Part shown: positions 35,659-44,789 of the stretch, piece after piece | Layout of the letters: each line of letters begins with the position of its first letter | How positions within the stretch are numbered: the stretch's first letter is position 1 | Source: an uncultured Spirochaetales bacterium | GTDB taxonomy: Bacteria > Spirochaetota > Spirochaetia > Treponematales > Breznakiellaceae | Assembly: GCA_964492245.1 (NCBI GenBank) | Contig: CAZBJJ010000005.1 | Coordinates: forward strand, 7,862-71,861 | Direction of reading: 5' to 3' | Length of the DNA stretch: 64,000 bases | Notes under the pieces: generated by a model | What the model was told of the DNA's origin: nothing | The model's database searches: none | What the model saw: the letters and a program-made list of their open reading frames with translations, nothing else | Position numbers and translations under genes: made by a program

Positions 35659-37023
35659 ATGAAGCATTTTGGTTCCCTCTCTTTTTATCGGCGTGCGCTG
35701 TCTATTGCCCTGCCGGTAATGTTGCAGCAACTTATAATGAGCCTTGTTTCGCTCATCGATAATTTTATGGTCGCCGGCCTGGGCGATGTAAAAATGGCGG
35801 CCATAAATGTGGCAAATCAGCTAAACTTTGTCTATCTTGTCGTGCTCTGGGCCTTTTGTGGGGCGGGTGGCATTTATATTGCCCAGTTTAAGGGCGCAAA
35901 GGATGCCGAGGGCATGCAACAGGCCTACCGCTTTAAGCTGATAAGTGCTTTAATAATTTCGAGCCTGTATCTTGTCCTTACTCTTTTAATTCCAGACAAA
36001 CTGATTGCTATTATGACTGCCGGCAACGCTGCCCAGGGCGAAATTGTCGAATTCGGAACCCAGTATCTGCGGATAGTCAGTTTTACCTGGTACCCCATTG
36101 CCATTGCCACTGCCATCGGCACCTCGTATCGCGAAATAGGCCTGCCAAAAATTCCGCTTATAATCTCTATTATAGCCACCTTGGTAAACACCTTTGGCAA
36201 CTGGATGTTGATATATGGCAATCTAGGTGTGCCCCGGCTAGAGGTGAGTGGGGCCGCAATTGCCACGGTAATTGCCCGTTTTGTCGAGGTGCTTGCCTTT
36301 ATTTGGTATGCAAAAAGAAGGCGCGAGGATTTTTATGTGCCCTTTCGCCAGATACTGCGCATTCGTGGCAAATTGTTTTTACAAATTCTCTCCCGATCCA
36401 GTATGATTTTCCTCTCCGAGGTAACCTGGGTGGTTTCGGAAACGATAATGACGGCCCTGTACAATGGGCGCGGTGGGGCGGAAATTGTCGCGGGCATGGC
36501 GGCGGGCTGGACAATGGCGAATATCTTTTTCTTAGTCTTTGCCGGCATTCATACCACAACGGCGGTTATTTTAGGCGGGGCCCTGGGGGCCGGGGAGCTG
36601 GAAAAGGGGCGCAATTATGCCCGCGCTCTTAAGTCCGGCGCCCTGGTGGTCGGCTGTGTGGTCGGGCTATTGGCCCTGGCCTCGACCCTGGGTATACCCC
36701 TTGTCTTTGGCAATTTAACCTCTGCCGCGCGCAGGGTAACGGTGGGGCTTGTGTCCGTCATTGCCCTATATCTGCCCGCATGGACCTATTTAAATGCCCA
36801 GTTTTCCATCTCTCGCGCTGGTGGCGATACCGCCTTGGGGGTCTATGTCGATGTCTCGGTAAATACCTTTATCTTTATACCCGGCTGTTTTTTAATGGCC
36901 TTTTTAACAAATTGGGGGCCGGTGCTCATGTTTTTAATAATTAAATCGACCGATTATTTAAAGGTGGGCATTGCCGAATGGTATCTGAGAAAGGAAAAAT
37001 GGTTGAAAAATTTAACCGTATAA
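35659..37023 (+). CDS. MATE family efflux transporter
   Basis: LSIALPVMLQQLIMSLVSLIDNFMVAGLG and a 12-TM pattern. AAAGGA RBS. Confidence 0.85.
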   Translation: MKHFGSLSFYRRALSIALPVMLQQLIMSLVSLIDNFMVAGLGDVKMAAINVANQLNFVYLVVLWAFCGAGGIYIAQFKGAKDAEGMQQAYRFKLISALIISSLYLVLTLLIPDKLIAIMTAGNAAQGEIVEFGTQYLRIVSFTWYPIAIATAIGTSYREIGLPKIPLIISIIATLVNTFGNWMLIYGNLGVPRLEVSGAAIATVIARFVEVLAFIWYAKRRREDFYVPFRQILRIRGKLFLQILSRSSMIFLSEVTWVVSETIMTALYNGRGGAEIVAGMAAGWTMANIFFLVFAGIHTTTAVILGGALGAGELEKGRNYARALKSGALVVGCVVGLLALASTLGIPLVFGNLTSAARRVTVGLVSVIALYLPAWTYLNAQFSISRAGGDTALGVYVDVSVNTFIFIPGCFLMAFLTNWGPVLMFLIIKSTDYLKVGIAEWYLRKEKWLKNLTV

Positions 37024-37038
37024 ATGGTCTACCGAATC

Positions 37039-37067
37039 TTGCACTTCCTCGGCGCAGGTGCTATGAT
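37039..37067 (+). promoter_or_regulatory. Candidate pyr operon promoter (TTGCAC, 17-nt spacer ending TGc, TATGAT)
   Basis: TTGCAC at 37039-37044 and TATGAT at 37062-37067, preceded by TGC (extended -10). It lies downstream of the MATE stop and upstream of the leader ORF. Confidence 0.5.
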
Positions 37068-37115
37068 GAGTTTTAATGAAAGACACATTGCACGTATCAC
37101 CGAGGAAAGATAGAT

Positions 37116-37169
37116 ATGGGGCATTTGCCACCTGCAATCGCGCTTTTTCAATTCAATATCCACCATTAA
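37116..37169 (+). promoter_or_regulatory. Candidate 17-codon pyr leader peptide (MGHLPPAIALFQFNIHH) ending at the foot of the attenuator hairpin
   Basis: GAGGAAAG sits 7 nt upstream of ATG 37116. The stop TAA is at 37167-37169, immediately 5' of the stem. A CTTTTTC tract lies at 37143-37149. Confidence 0.35.
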
Positions 37170-37193
37170 GCCGCCTGATAGGCGGCTTTTTTT
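37170..37193 (+). terminator. Intrinsic terminator/attenuator 20 nt upstream of the pyrB start
   Basis: GCCGCC (37170-37175), loop TGATA, GGCGGC (37181-37186), then TTTTTTT (37187-37193). AAAGGAGG RBS and ATG 37214 follow. Confidence 0.75.
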
Positions 37194-37213
37194 ACGGCTA
37201 AAAAGGAGGGGCA

Positions 37214-38137
37214 ATGCTTAAAGGGCGCCATTTAATTGAACCGAGAGATTTTAGCATTGATGAGCTACAGGAGCTTTTCAATTTAGCCGGAGATATAGAA
37301 AAAAATCCTACACAGTACCGCGATATTGCCCACGGCAGGCTCCTAGCCACCCTTTTTTTCGAGCCCAGCACGCGCACTCGCCTAAGCTTCGAGGCGGCCA
37401 TGCTCCGCTTGGGCGGGACAACCCTGGGTTTTGCCGACTCAGCTTCCAGTTCTGCCACCAAGGGCGAGAGTTTGGCCGACACCGTCCGCACAGTGGCCGC
37501 CTATGCCGATATTATTGCAATGCGCAACCCAAAGGAGGGAGCCGCCCTTCTGGCAAGTCGCTATAGCACCGTACCCATAATAAATGCTGGCGATGGGGGC
37601 CACCATCATCCCACCCAAACCCTTACCGACTTGCTCACCATAAAGCAGTTCCGTGGGAGCTTCGAGGGCCTAAAAATTGGCTTTTGTGGCGACTTAATGT
37701 TTGGGCGCACCGTGCACTCGCTGGTAAAGGGCCTTTCGCGCTATCCGAAAAACAGAATGGTCTTTATTTCGCCCAAGGAGCTCCATATTCCCGAATATAT
37801 AACGCGGGATGTGCTAAAAAAAGAGGGTATCCCCTGGCAGGAGGGCGAGCGGCTGGAAGACTTTATTGGCGATTTAGATATTTTATATATGACCAGGGTG
37901 CAGAAGGAGCGGTTTTTTAACGAGGAAGACTATGTGCGTTTAAAGGACAGCTACATCCTTGATAAAAAAAAGTTGCTGGGCGCAAAGAAAGACCTCATCA
38001 TTTTGCACCCCCTACCGCGGGTGAACGAAATAGCCACCGAGGTAGACGAGGATCCACGGGCGGTATATTTTGCACAGGCGCGCTATGGTATGTATATACG
38101 GATGGCCCTGTTAACCAGTCTTTTGGGGGTAGTGTAA
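37214..38137 (+). CDS. pyrB: Aspartate carbamoyltransferase catalytic chain
   Basis: [17 protein letters not shown] and HPLPR signatures. Strong RBS. Confidence 0.95.
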   Translation: MLKGRHLIEPRDFSIDELQELFNLAGDIEKNPTQYRDIAHGRLLATLFFEPSTRTRLSFEAAMLRLGGTTLGFADSASSSATKGESLADTVRTVAAYADIIAMRNPKEGAALLASRYSTVPIINAGDGGHHHPTQTLTDLLTIKQFRGSFEGLKIGFCGDLMFGRTVHSLVKGLSRYPKNRMVFISPKELHIPEYITRDVLKKEGIPWQEGERLEDFIGDLDILYMTRVQKERFFNEEDYVRLKDSYILDKKKLLGAKKDLIILHPLPRVNEIATEVDEDPRAVYFAQARYGMYIRMALLTSLLGVV

Positions 38138-38571
38138 TGCTCAATATAGCCAAAATTTGTGATGGGGTGGTTATCGACCATATAAAAGCGGGACAGGGCC
38201 TTAAAATTTTTAACTGGCTGGGTCTGGATAGGGCGGGGTACACCGTGGCCTTTGTGGTCAATGCCGAGTCGCGCAATATGGGGAAAAAAGATATTATTAA
38301 AATTGGCAATGTTATTTCGCTGGATTTTGCGGTATTGGGCCTTATCGATCCAAATATCACCGTAAATATCATCGAAAACGAAAAAGTAAAGCAAAAAATC
38401 CGGCTTAAATTGCCGGACAAGGTCGAAAATATTCTTATCTGTAAAAATCCACGCTGTATTTCGTCTACAGAAAAATATGCCACCCAGATTTTTCATTTGG
38501 TAGACCCCAAAAAGGGCATTTATCGCTGCGAATATTGCGACGAGGTGCGAAGTAAGGAAGATTTTAGGTAA
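38137..38571 (+). CDS. pyrI: Aspartate carbamoyltransferase regulatory chain
   Basis: TAATG overlap with pyrB. VIDHI... allosteric domain and the zinc domain CKNPRCIS...YRCEYCD. Confidence 0.9.
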   Translation: MLNIAKICDGVVIDHIKAGQGLKIFNWLGLDRAGYTVAFVVNAESRNMGKKDIIKIGNVISLDFAVLGLIDPNITVNIIENEKVKQKIRLKLPDKVENILICKNPRCISSTEKYATQIFHLVDPKKGIYRCEYCDEVRSKEDFR

Positions 38572-38585
38572 GGAGCCAGATACTA

Positions 38586-39974
38586 TTGGGAATTGATTGT
38601 TTTATTCGCCGGGCAAACTTGGTAGACGCCAAGGGCAGTCGCAAGGCCTCCCTGTTTTTGCGCGATGGAAAGATAGCGGCAGTTGGGGCAGCAGCCGAAG
38701 AGCTGGCAGCTACCTGTGAGCCTTTAGTGCGCATCGATTTAGAGGGCAGAAATAACATGGCCCTGTTGCCGGCCTTTGTCGAGCCCCATGCCCATATACG
38801 CGAGCCCGGCCAGACGCATAAAGAAAATATTGAATCGGCCCTTTTGGCGGCCAGTGCCGGTGGCTATGGGGCCTTGGTCTGTATGGGCAATACAATACCC
38901 GTTATAGATACAATTGATATCGCCAGCGCGCTGCACCAGCGGTCGATGCGTTTAGGCCTATGCGAGGTCTATCCGGTGCTCACCCTCACTCGCGGTATGG
39001 AGGGCCTGGATACCAGCATTCTGGAGGGGCTTGGTGCCGAAGACTTAAGAGGCGCGGGCGTTCGACTTTTAAGCGAGGACGGTAAGGATGTGCAGGACGA
39101 GGAGGTCTTTCGGCGGGCCCTTAAAGAGGCCGCCCGCCTGGGGCTTCCGGTGTCCTGCCACTGCGATGCTGGGGGCAGTCAGGCCCAGGGCGAAAAAGCT
39201 GCGGGCTTGGGCCGCGAGGTCTGGAGCCGCACCGAAGAAAATATCGCCACCGAGCGGGCCCTGCGCCTAGGGCAGGAAACTGGGGCGGCAATCCACATTG
39301 CCCATGTTTCGACCAAGGAGGCCCTGGACATGATTCGCAGGGCCAAGGCGACCACCGTCCCGCCCGCGGCGACCACTGGCGCGCCCGCAGCGACCACCGC
39401 CCCGCCCGCGCCGACCACTGGCGCGGCGGCGGGGCTTAGCTGCGAGGTGAGCCCCATGCATCTGCTTTTGACGAAGGAGCACGCCGAGGCCCTGGGTGCC
39501 GAGAGCCATGGGCGGGTGAACCCGCCACTGCGCGACAAGGCCGACTGCCAGGCCCTTGTTGCCGGCCTTGTCGATGGCAGCATCGACATGATCTGCACGG
39601 ACCACGCCCCGCATACGGCCGAGGAAAAGGCGGCGGGTTCACCCGGCTTTATCGGGCTAGAGACAAGCTTTGCCGCATTAAAAACCTCCTTGGTGGACGC
39701 TGGTGCTATCAGTTTGGAAAAGCTTTCCCATCTTATGAGCCTGGCCCCCGCCCATCTTTTGGGGCTTAAAGACCGGGGCCTTATTGAGCCGGGCTACCGC
39801 GCCGACTTAGTGCTCGTCGACTTAGCGGCAAACTGGCAGGTACAGGCATCAGACTTTAAAAGCAAGAGCCAAAACAGCCCCTTTATTGGAATGCGCATGA
39901 CGGCCAAGGTCTGCATTACCTGGCATGTGGGGAGGCCGGTGTATGTGGCCGACAGCTGTTCAATGGAATTATAA
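38586..39974 (+). CDS. pyrC: Dihydroorotase with a repeat-encoded loop insertion of about 24 aa
   Basis: LLPAFVEPHAHIREPG, IHIAHVSTKEALDMIRRAK, CEVSPMHLLL and ICTDHAPH signatures. TTG start with TAAGGAG 10 nt upstream. Confidence 0.85.
   Translation: MGIDCFIRRANLVDAKGSRKASLFLRDGKIAAVGAAAEELAATCEPLVRIDLEGRNNMALLPAFVEPHAHIREPGQTHKENIESALLAASAGGYGALVCMGNTIPVIDTIDIASALHQRSMRLGLCEVYPVLTLTRGMEGLDTSILEGLGAEDLRGAGVRLLSEDGKDVQDEEVFRRALKEAARLGLPVSCHCDAGGSQAQGEKAAGLGREVWSRTEENIATERALRLGQETGAAIHIAHVSTKEALDMIRRAKATTVPPAATTGAPAATTAPPAPTTGAAAGLSCEVSPMHLLLTKEHAEALGAESHGRVNPPLRDKADCQALVAGLVDGSIDMICTDHAPHTAEEKAAGSPGFIGLETSFAALKTSLVDAGAISLEKLSHLMSLAPAHLLGLKDRGLIEPGYRADLVLVDLAANWQVQASDFKSKSQNSPFIGMRMTAKVCITWHVGRPVYVADSCSMEL
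39351..39434 (+). repeat. 21-bp tandem repeat of 4 copies, in frame within pyrC (TTVPPAA/TTGAPAA/TTAPPAP/TTGAAAG)
   Basis: Units start at 39351, 39372, 39393 and 39414. Each begins accacY. Very GC-rich. Confidence 0.95.
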
Positions 39975-39985
39975 TAGGAGATTGT

Positions 39986-40879
39986 ATGAATATAGATAAG
40001 CTTTTTAATGCGGTTCAGGAACGCGGCCATGTCTGCCTGGGCCTAGATACCGCCCTAGATTATTTGCCCGCAGGGGTGCGCGATACCTTTAAAAACCCTG
40101 CAGATGCAATTTTAGCCTATAACCGTGCACTTATAGACGCCAGCTTCGATGTCTGTGCCTGTTACAAGGTGCAGATTGCCTATTACGAGGAGCTCGGCCT
40201 TGCCGGTCTTAATGCCTTTGCCCAGACGCTGGCCTATATTCGTCAGAGGGGCGCCTTGGTTATTTCCGATATCAAACGCGGCGACATTGCCGACACGGCC
40301 ACCCGCTACGCTCGGGGGCACTTTGCCGGCGACTTTGAAACGGACTTCGTAACCCTTTCGCCCTACATGGGAATGGATTCCATTGAGCCCTGGCTGGCAT
40401 TTTCTCGCAGTGCGGGCAAGGGGATGTTTGTGCTGGTGCGTACGAGCAACAAGGGCTATAAAGACTTTGAACAGCAGGAATTAAAAGATGGTGGCTATCT
40501 ATATGATGCCGTTGCCCGTCGCCTGGTTCTTGCCAACGAGGGCCTGCTTGGGGAAAGTGGCTATGGACCCATTGGGGCGGTTATAGGCTGCACCGAGCGC
40601 GAGGAGGCTGCCGAAATTCGCAAGAGGTACCCAAATCTGTTTTTTCTTATTCCCGGCTATGGGGCGCAGGGTGGGGCTGCAGAGGATGCCGCCTTACTTT
40701 TGCGGGAGGGCAATGGGGGGGTGGTAAATGCCTCCCGCTCCATTTTAAAGGCCTGGCTTTTGGAATTGGGCGAAGGGGATCAGGGCCGTGTTGGCCTAGA
40801 AGACTGTGCACAGGCGGCGCGCAGGGCCGCAATTGCAATGCGCGACGATATTCGGGCAGCTTGCTCGCAGGATAAATAA
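39986..40879 (+). CDS. pyrF: Orotidine 5'-phosphate decarboxylase, long type 2 form
   Basis: ISDIKRGDIADTA, the LVRTSN block, and a length of about 297 aa. AGGAG RBS. Confidence 0.9.
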   Translation: MNIDKLFNAVQERGHVCLGLDTALDYLPAGVRDTFKNPADAILAYNRALIDASFDVCACYKVQIAYYEELGLAGLNAFAQTLAYIRQRGALVISDIKRGDIADTATRYARGHFAGDFETDFVTLSPYMGMDSIEPWLAFSRSAGKGMFVLVRTSNKGYKDFEQQELKDGGYLYDAVARRLVLANEGLLGESGYGPIGAVIGCTEREEAAEIRKRYPNLFFLIPGYGAQGGAAEDAALLLREGNGGVVNASRSILKAWLLELGEGDQGRVGLEDCAQAARRAAIAMRDDIRAACSQDK

Positions 40880-40883
40880 AAAA

Positions 40884-41687
40884 ATGGCATATATTGATAG
40901 CGATACCCGCTGTAATGGTCATGGGCGTGCTTTTAGCACCCAAAAGGTTTTGGCCAATTCTTTTTTAAACGAAGAGATTTTCCGTCTTACTGTTACCTGG
41001 ACGGGGCCGGCTCCCAAGGCGGGGCAGTTTTTTCTTGTTCGGCCCGCCAGAACTTCGATCTTTTTGGGCCGCCCCATATCGGTAGCCACCTGGGACGAGC
41101 CTGGGCAACTGGGCTTCCTTATTGCCCTGCGCGGATCCGGCACCCAAGAGCTGGGCCGCTTGGCCAGTGGCGAGGAGGTCGAGCTCATTGGCCCGCTGGG
41201 CAGCAGCTGGCTAGAGGTGGCGAAAGGGGAGCTTGCGAAAAGCATGCTGCCGCAGAAGCCACTGGCCCTTATAGGTGGGGGCATTGGCATTGCCCCCCTT
41301 ATCCAGCTTGCCCGGGAGCTGCCCAAGGACAGTTTCGACTTTTATGGGGGCTTTCGTTCCCGCTCCTACGCCTTGGAAGATTTAAAACCGAGCTCGCTGG
41401 TAATTGCCAGCGAGGATGGCAGCGAGGGGCATACCGGTCGTATTCCCGATTTTTTCCCCGCTCATAATTATCGCATGGTCTTTGCCTGCGGGCCCGAACC
41501 CATGCTTAAAGCAATCCAGCAGATATGCCTTGCCAGCAAAACCCCCTGCATAATAAGCATGGAGCGGCGCATGGCCTGTGGGGTGGGGGCCTGCCTTGGC
41601 TGCACCGTAGCCACGATACATGGCAATAAGCGTTGCTGTGTCGAAGGCCCCATCTTCGATGCTCAGGAGATTTTGTTTGATGAATAA
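40884..41687 (+). CDS. pyrK: Dihydroorotate dehydrogenase electron-transfer subunit
   Basis: Ferredoxin-reductase-like fold (FFLVRP, GPLG, LIGGGIGIAP) and a C-terminal 2Fe-2S motif MACGVGACLGC...CCVEGP. The start is taken at MAYIDSD rather than the track start 40806, which overlaps pyrF. Confidence 0.85.
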   Translation: MAYIDSDTRCNGHGRAFSTQKVLANSFLNEEIFRLTVTWTGPAPKAGQFFLVRPARTSIFLGRPISVATWDEPGQLGFLIALRGSGTQELGRLASGEEVELIGPLGSSWLEVAKGELAKSMLPQKPLALIGGGIGIAPLIQLARELPKDSFDFYGGFRSRSYALEDLKPSSLVIASEDGSEGHTGRIPDFFPAHNYRMVFACGPEPMLKAIQQICLASKTPCIISMERRMACGVGACLGCTVATIHGNKRCCVEGPIFDAQEILFDE

Positions 41688-42609
41688 GATAGATACATCC
41701 ATAGATATTGCCGGTGTCCATTTTAAAAACCCCGTAATTGCCGCCTCGGGCACCTTTGGCTATGGGCGCGAATATGCCGGTCTTTTAGATATCCCCCGCC
41801 TAGGGGGCATCTGCACCAAGGGCCTTACCCTAGAAGCCTGGCAGGGCAACCGCGGCATACGCCTACATGAAAGCCCCGCCGGCCTAATAAACTCAATTGG
41901 CCTGGAAAATCCTGGCATAAGGGCCTTTATAAAAAATGAATTGCCGGCATTAAAAAAACTTGGCCCCGTGGTTATTGCCAACCTTTCGGGCTTTAGCCTC
42001 GACGATTACGTCGAGGGGGCCCGTCTCTTAGATAATTCCGACATCGATATGATTGAATTAAATATATCCTGCCCAAACGTAAAGGCCGGGGGTATGGCAT
42101 TTGGCCTCTGTGCCCGCGATGCCCATGAAGTGAGCTCCGCGGTGCGCAGGGCCAGCCAAAAACCTTTAATGGTCAAGCTCTCGCCAAATGCCCCCGATAT
42201 AAATGCAATTGGGCTAGCCTGCGAAGAGGCCGGAGCCGACGCCCTCTCGCTGGTAAACACCTTTTCGGCAATGGCAATTGATATACGGCGCAGGCGCCCT
42301 GTTTTCGACAACGTCTTTGCCGGTCTCTGTGGGCCAGCAATACGGCCCCTAGCTTTGCGCATGCTCTGGCAATTAGTAGATGCGGTAAAAATTCCCATTG
42401 TTGGCATGGGCGGCATAGCCAATACCAGCGATGCAGTAGAATTTTTAATGGCAGGGGCCAGTGCAATACAGGTGGGCGCCGCCACCTTTGCTAACCCAAG
42501 GGCAACGACAGACATTGTAGATGGGCTGGGCGACTTTATGCAGCAAGAAGGCTTTTTAACATTAAAAGAGCTCATCGGCCTTGCCAGAGCGTATAAAACG
42601 ACGAATTAA
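41680..42609 (+). CDS. pyrD: Dihydroorotate dehydrogenase catalytic subunit, class 1B
   Basis: GVHFKNPVIAASGTFGYG, NSIGLENPG, ELNISCPN and GMGGI signatures. 8-nt overlap with pyrK. Confidence 0.9.
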   Translation: MNKIDTSIDIAGVHFKNPVIAASGTFGYGREYAGLLDIPRLGGICTKGLTLEAWQGNRGIRLHESPAGLINSIGLENPGIRAFIKNELPALKKLGPVVIANLSGFSLDDYVEGARLLDNSDIDMIELNISCPNVKAGGMAFGLCARDAHEVSSAVRRASQKPLMVKLSPNAPDINAIGLACEEAGADALSLVNTFSAMAIDIRRRRPVFDNVFAGLCGPAIRPLALRMLWQLVDAVKIPIVGMGGIANTSDAVEFLMAGASAIQVGAATFANPRATTDIVDGLGDFMQQEGFLTLKELIGLARAYKTTN

Positions 42610-42627
42610 ATTATAGGGAGAATATAG

Positions 42628-43221
42628 ATGAAAACCTGCGAAACCATACTTAAAGAGACAGGGGCAATGCTCGAGGGGCATTTTCTGCTTTCCTCTGGCC
42701 TGCACAGCGACCGGTATTTTCAGTGCGCCCGCCTTTTGCAATACCCCGACAGGGCAGCCAAGGCCCTTGCCAGCTTAGTTGCTCAATTAAAAAACGATAT
42801 CGATTCGGGGAAGCTCAAGATTGATGTAGTAGTAGGGCCAGCGATGGGTGGCATTGTTGTCGCCTACGAGTTAGCCCGCCAGCTTGGACTACCGGCAATG
42901 TTTACCGAACGCAGCGAATCTGGGCTTATGAGTCTGCGCCGTGGCTTCGAAATAAGGCGCAGGCAGCAGATTCTTATTGCCGAAGACGTGGTAACCACCG
43001 GTAAATCCTCCTTAGAGACCGCCAAGGTTTTAGAGGCCCAGGGGGCCAGCATTGCTGCCCTTGCCTGTATTGTGGACCGCCGGGCCGAATCGGTGCCCAC
43101 TGCCTGGCCATTGTATGCTGCCTATAAAACAGAGGTCCAAAACTGGGAATCTGACAATTGTCCTCTGTGTAAAGAGGGCTCTACAGCGGTAAAACTCGGT
43201 TCTCGTAAAATTTTCAATTAG
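42628..43221 (+). CDS. pyrE: Orotate phosphoribosyltransferase
   Basis: GHFLLSSGLHSDRYFQC and the PRPP motif ILIAEDVVTTGKS. Confidence 0.9.
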   Translation: MKTCETILKETGAMLEGHFLLSSGLHSDRYFQCARLLQYPDRAAKALASLVAQLKNDIDSGKLKIDVVVGPAMGGIVVAYELARQLGLPAMFTERSESGLMSLRRGFEIRRRQQILIAEDVVTTGKSSLETAKVLEAQGASIAALACIVDRRAESVPTAWPLYAAYKTEVQNWESDNCPLCKEGSTAVKLGSRKIFN

Positions 43222-43277
43222 TCAGCTCGTTGACGCTCCCCGCTGTGAAACCTATACTTGCTTAAGAGGTGGAGATA

Positions 43278-44138
43278 ATGGAAAAAATAAGTGTCAGGTA
43301 TCGGGACCTTATCGTTCAGATGCTACAGAAGTCTCGAAAACAGACGATTATTAGCGAAGAAAATGTATTGCAGATGGGAAACCCCGACACTCTGTTCTAT
43401 ATAAATAAAATAGTCGAAGAAAATTTGGGGCCAAACTCCGCCCTCTTAGGGAAGGAGCACCTCGAAGATCTGTACAATCGGGCAAAAAAAGGGGAGTCCT
43501 GTATTCTCTTTTTGGAGCATTATTCAAACTTAGATTTGCCCGTGTTTGCCTGGCTTATACGAAAAAGCTTAAAAAATGGCGATGCCATTGCCGATTCAAT
43601 TATTGCCATTGCCGGGGTAAAGCTGAGCGAATCCAGCTCGGTAGTAAGTGCCTTTGCCGAATCGTTTTCGCGCATTGTCATTGCTCCCAGTCGGACTCTG
43701 GCAAAACTAGATCCCGTTAAAGATATTGATCAGAAAAAGCGCTTTAACGCCATCAATTTGGCAAGTATGAAAACGCTGAACAGGGTAAAAAAAGAGGGTA
43801 ATATTATTTTAGTCTTTCCCTCGGGAACCAGATTCCGGCCATGGGAGCCACAGACCAAGCGGGGAGTTAGAGAAATTGACTCCTATGTAAAATCTTTCGA
43901 CAATATGTGTCTGGTTTCTATCAATGGGCTTATTCTGCATATGCAAAAGGGCAAGATGGAAGAAGACCTTATTGGCAAGGGCGATTCGGTGCTGGAGGTA
44001 AGCCCTGTTATTTCCTGTAAGGATTTCCGCAGCAAGGTGCGTTCGCAGCTCAGTGGCGAGGAAGATGCCCGGCAGGCGGTGGTCGATGCCATTATGGCCG
44101 AATTGGATGTTATGCACCAGCGCAACAGCCTGGACTGA
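43278..44138 (+). CDS. Phospholipid/glycerol acyltransferase family protein (LPLAT superfamily)
   Basis: HX4D motif (LEHYSNLD) and FPSGTRF motif. No closer assignment possible. Confidence 0.65.
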   Translation: MEKISVRYRDLIVQMLQKSRKQTIISEENVLQMGNPDTLFYINKIVEENLGPNSALLGKEHLEDLYNRAKKGESCILFLEHYSNLDLPVFAWLIRKSLKNGDAIADSIIAIAGVKLSESSSVVSAFAESFSRIVIAPSRTLAKLDPVKDIDQKKRFNAINLASMKTLNRVKKEGNIILVFPSGTRFRPWEPQTKRGVREIDSYVKSFDNMCLVSINGLILHMQKGKMEEDLIGKGDSVLEVSPVISCKDFRSKVRSQLSGEEDARQAVVDAIMAELDVMHQRNSLD

Positions 44139-44252
44139 GTTTTTTTAACTTTTTTTAACTTTTTTTTCCAAAACCTAAATTTTTGGGCACTTTCTACTCA
44201 TACTTATATATAGTGGCAGGCTTGTCATTATATATTTGCAAGGTGGTCAAAA

Positions 44253-44780
44253 ATGAAGCAAATTTTCAGTCTTCTGGTTTTATTGATGCTCGTGGGCCTA
44301 GGGGTCTGTGCAGACGAAATTAATGGGGGTTTTGGTCCTGGTTTTTCAGCGCGCTTTAATACAGAGCACAAGGGCGACAATGCCCTGCTTGGACTGCGTT
44401 TAAGCGTCTGGAGCCAGTTCGTTTTTGAGGTGAACGAAAACGTTTTCCTCGGTCCAGAAATTGGAGTCCGTTTTATGAGGCTTAAGCTCAGCGATGGCCA
44501 AGATGCAATGCTCAGCGAATGGCCAATATTCTTTGTTGCCGGATATAAGACTGGTATATTTAGAATCGAAGGCCTTCTTGGCCCCATGTTTACCATGGAT
44601 ACAGCCTATTCGGCCTATTTTAGCACAAATGCCAGTTTGGGCGCCCGCTTTAGTGTTGGCCCGGTCTGGCTCTTGGCAAGCCTTGTCTATAACTTTGGCT
44701 ATTGTCCCTCGGATGAACATAGGCTTTACCCCAGCTTTGGCCTTGGCTACAGAAGAACGGGAAATACATTTAAAAAATAG
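44253..44780 (+). CDS. Small secreted hypothetical protein, possibly an 8-strand beta-barrel
   Basis: AAGGTGG RBS. Signal peptide MKQIFSLLVLLMLVGLGVCA. Alternating hydrophobic/Gly pattern, ending ...SFGLGYRRTGNTFKK. Confidence 0.45.
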   Translation: MKQIFSLLVLLMLVGLGVCADEINGGFGPGFSARFNTEHKGDNALLGLRLSVWSQFVFEVNENVFLGPEIGVRFMRLKLSDGQDAMLSEWPIFFVAGYKTGIFRIEGLLGPMFTMDTAYSAYFSTNASLGARFSVGPVWLLASLVYNFGYCPSDEHRLYPSFGLGYRRTGNTFKK

Positions 44781-44789
44781 ACAGCGTTT

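Noticed and set aside
37075-37213. PyrR-type (Bacillus-like) RNA-binding attenuation for the pyr leader
   Set aside because: I could not find the conserved PyrR binding loop (approximately ARUCCAGAGAGGYU) in the leader. No pyrR gene lies in or beside the operon in this window. A leader-peptide model fits the sequence better.
3620-39434. Whether any of the GC-rich repeat clusters could be a CRISPR array
   Set aside because: The units are directly contiguous with no unique spacers. They are only 15-24 bp long, occur in 3-6 copies, and sit in frame within genes. No cas genes are present.
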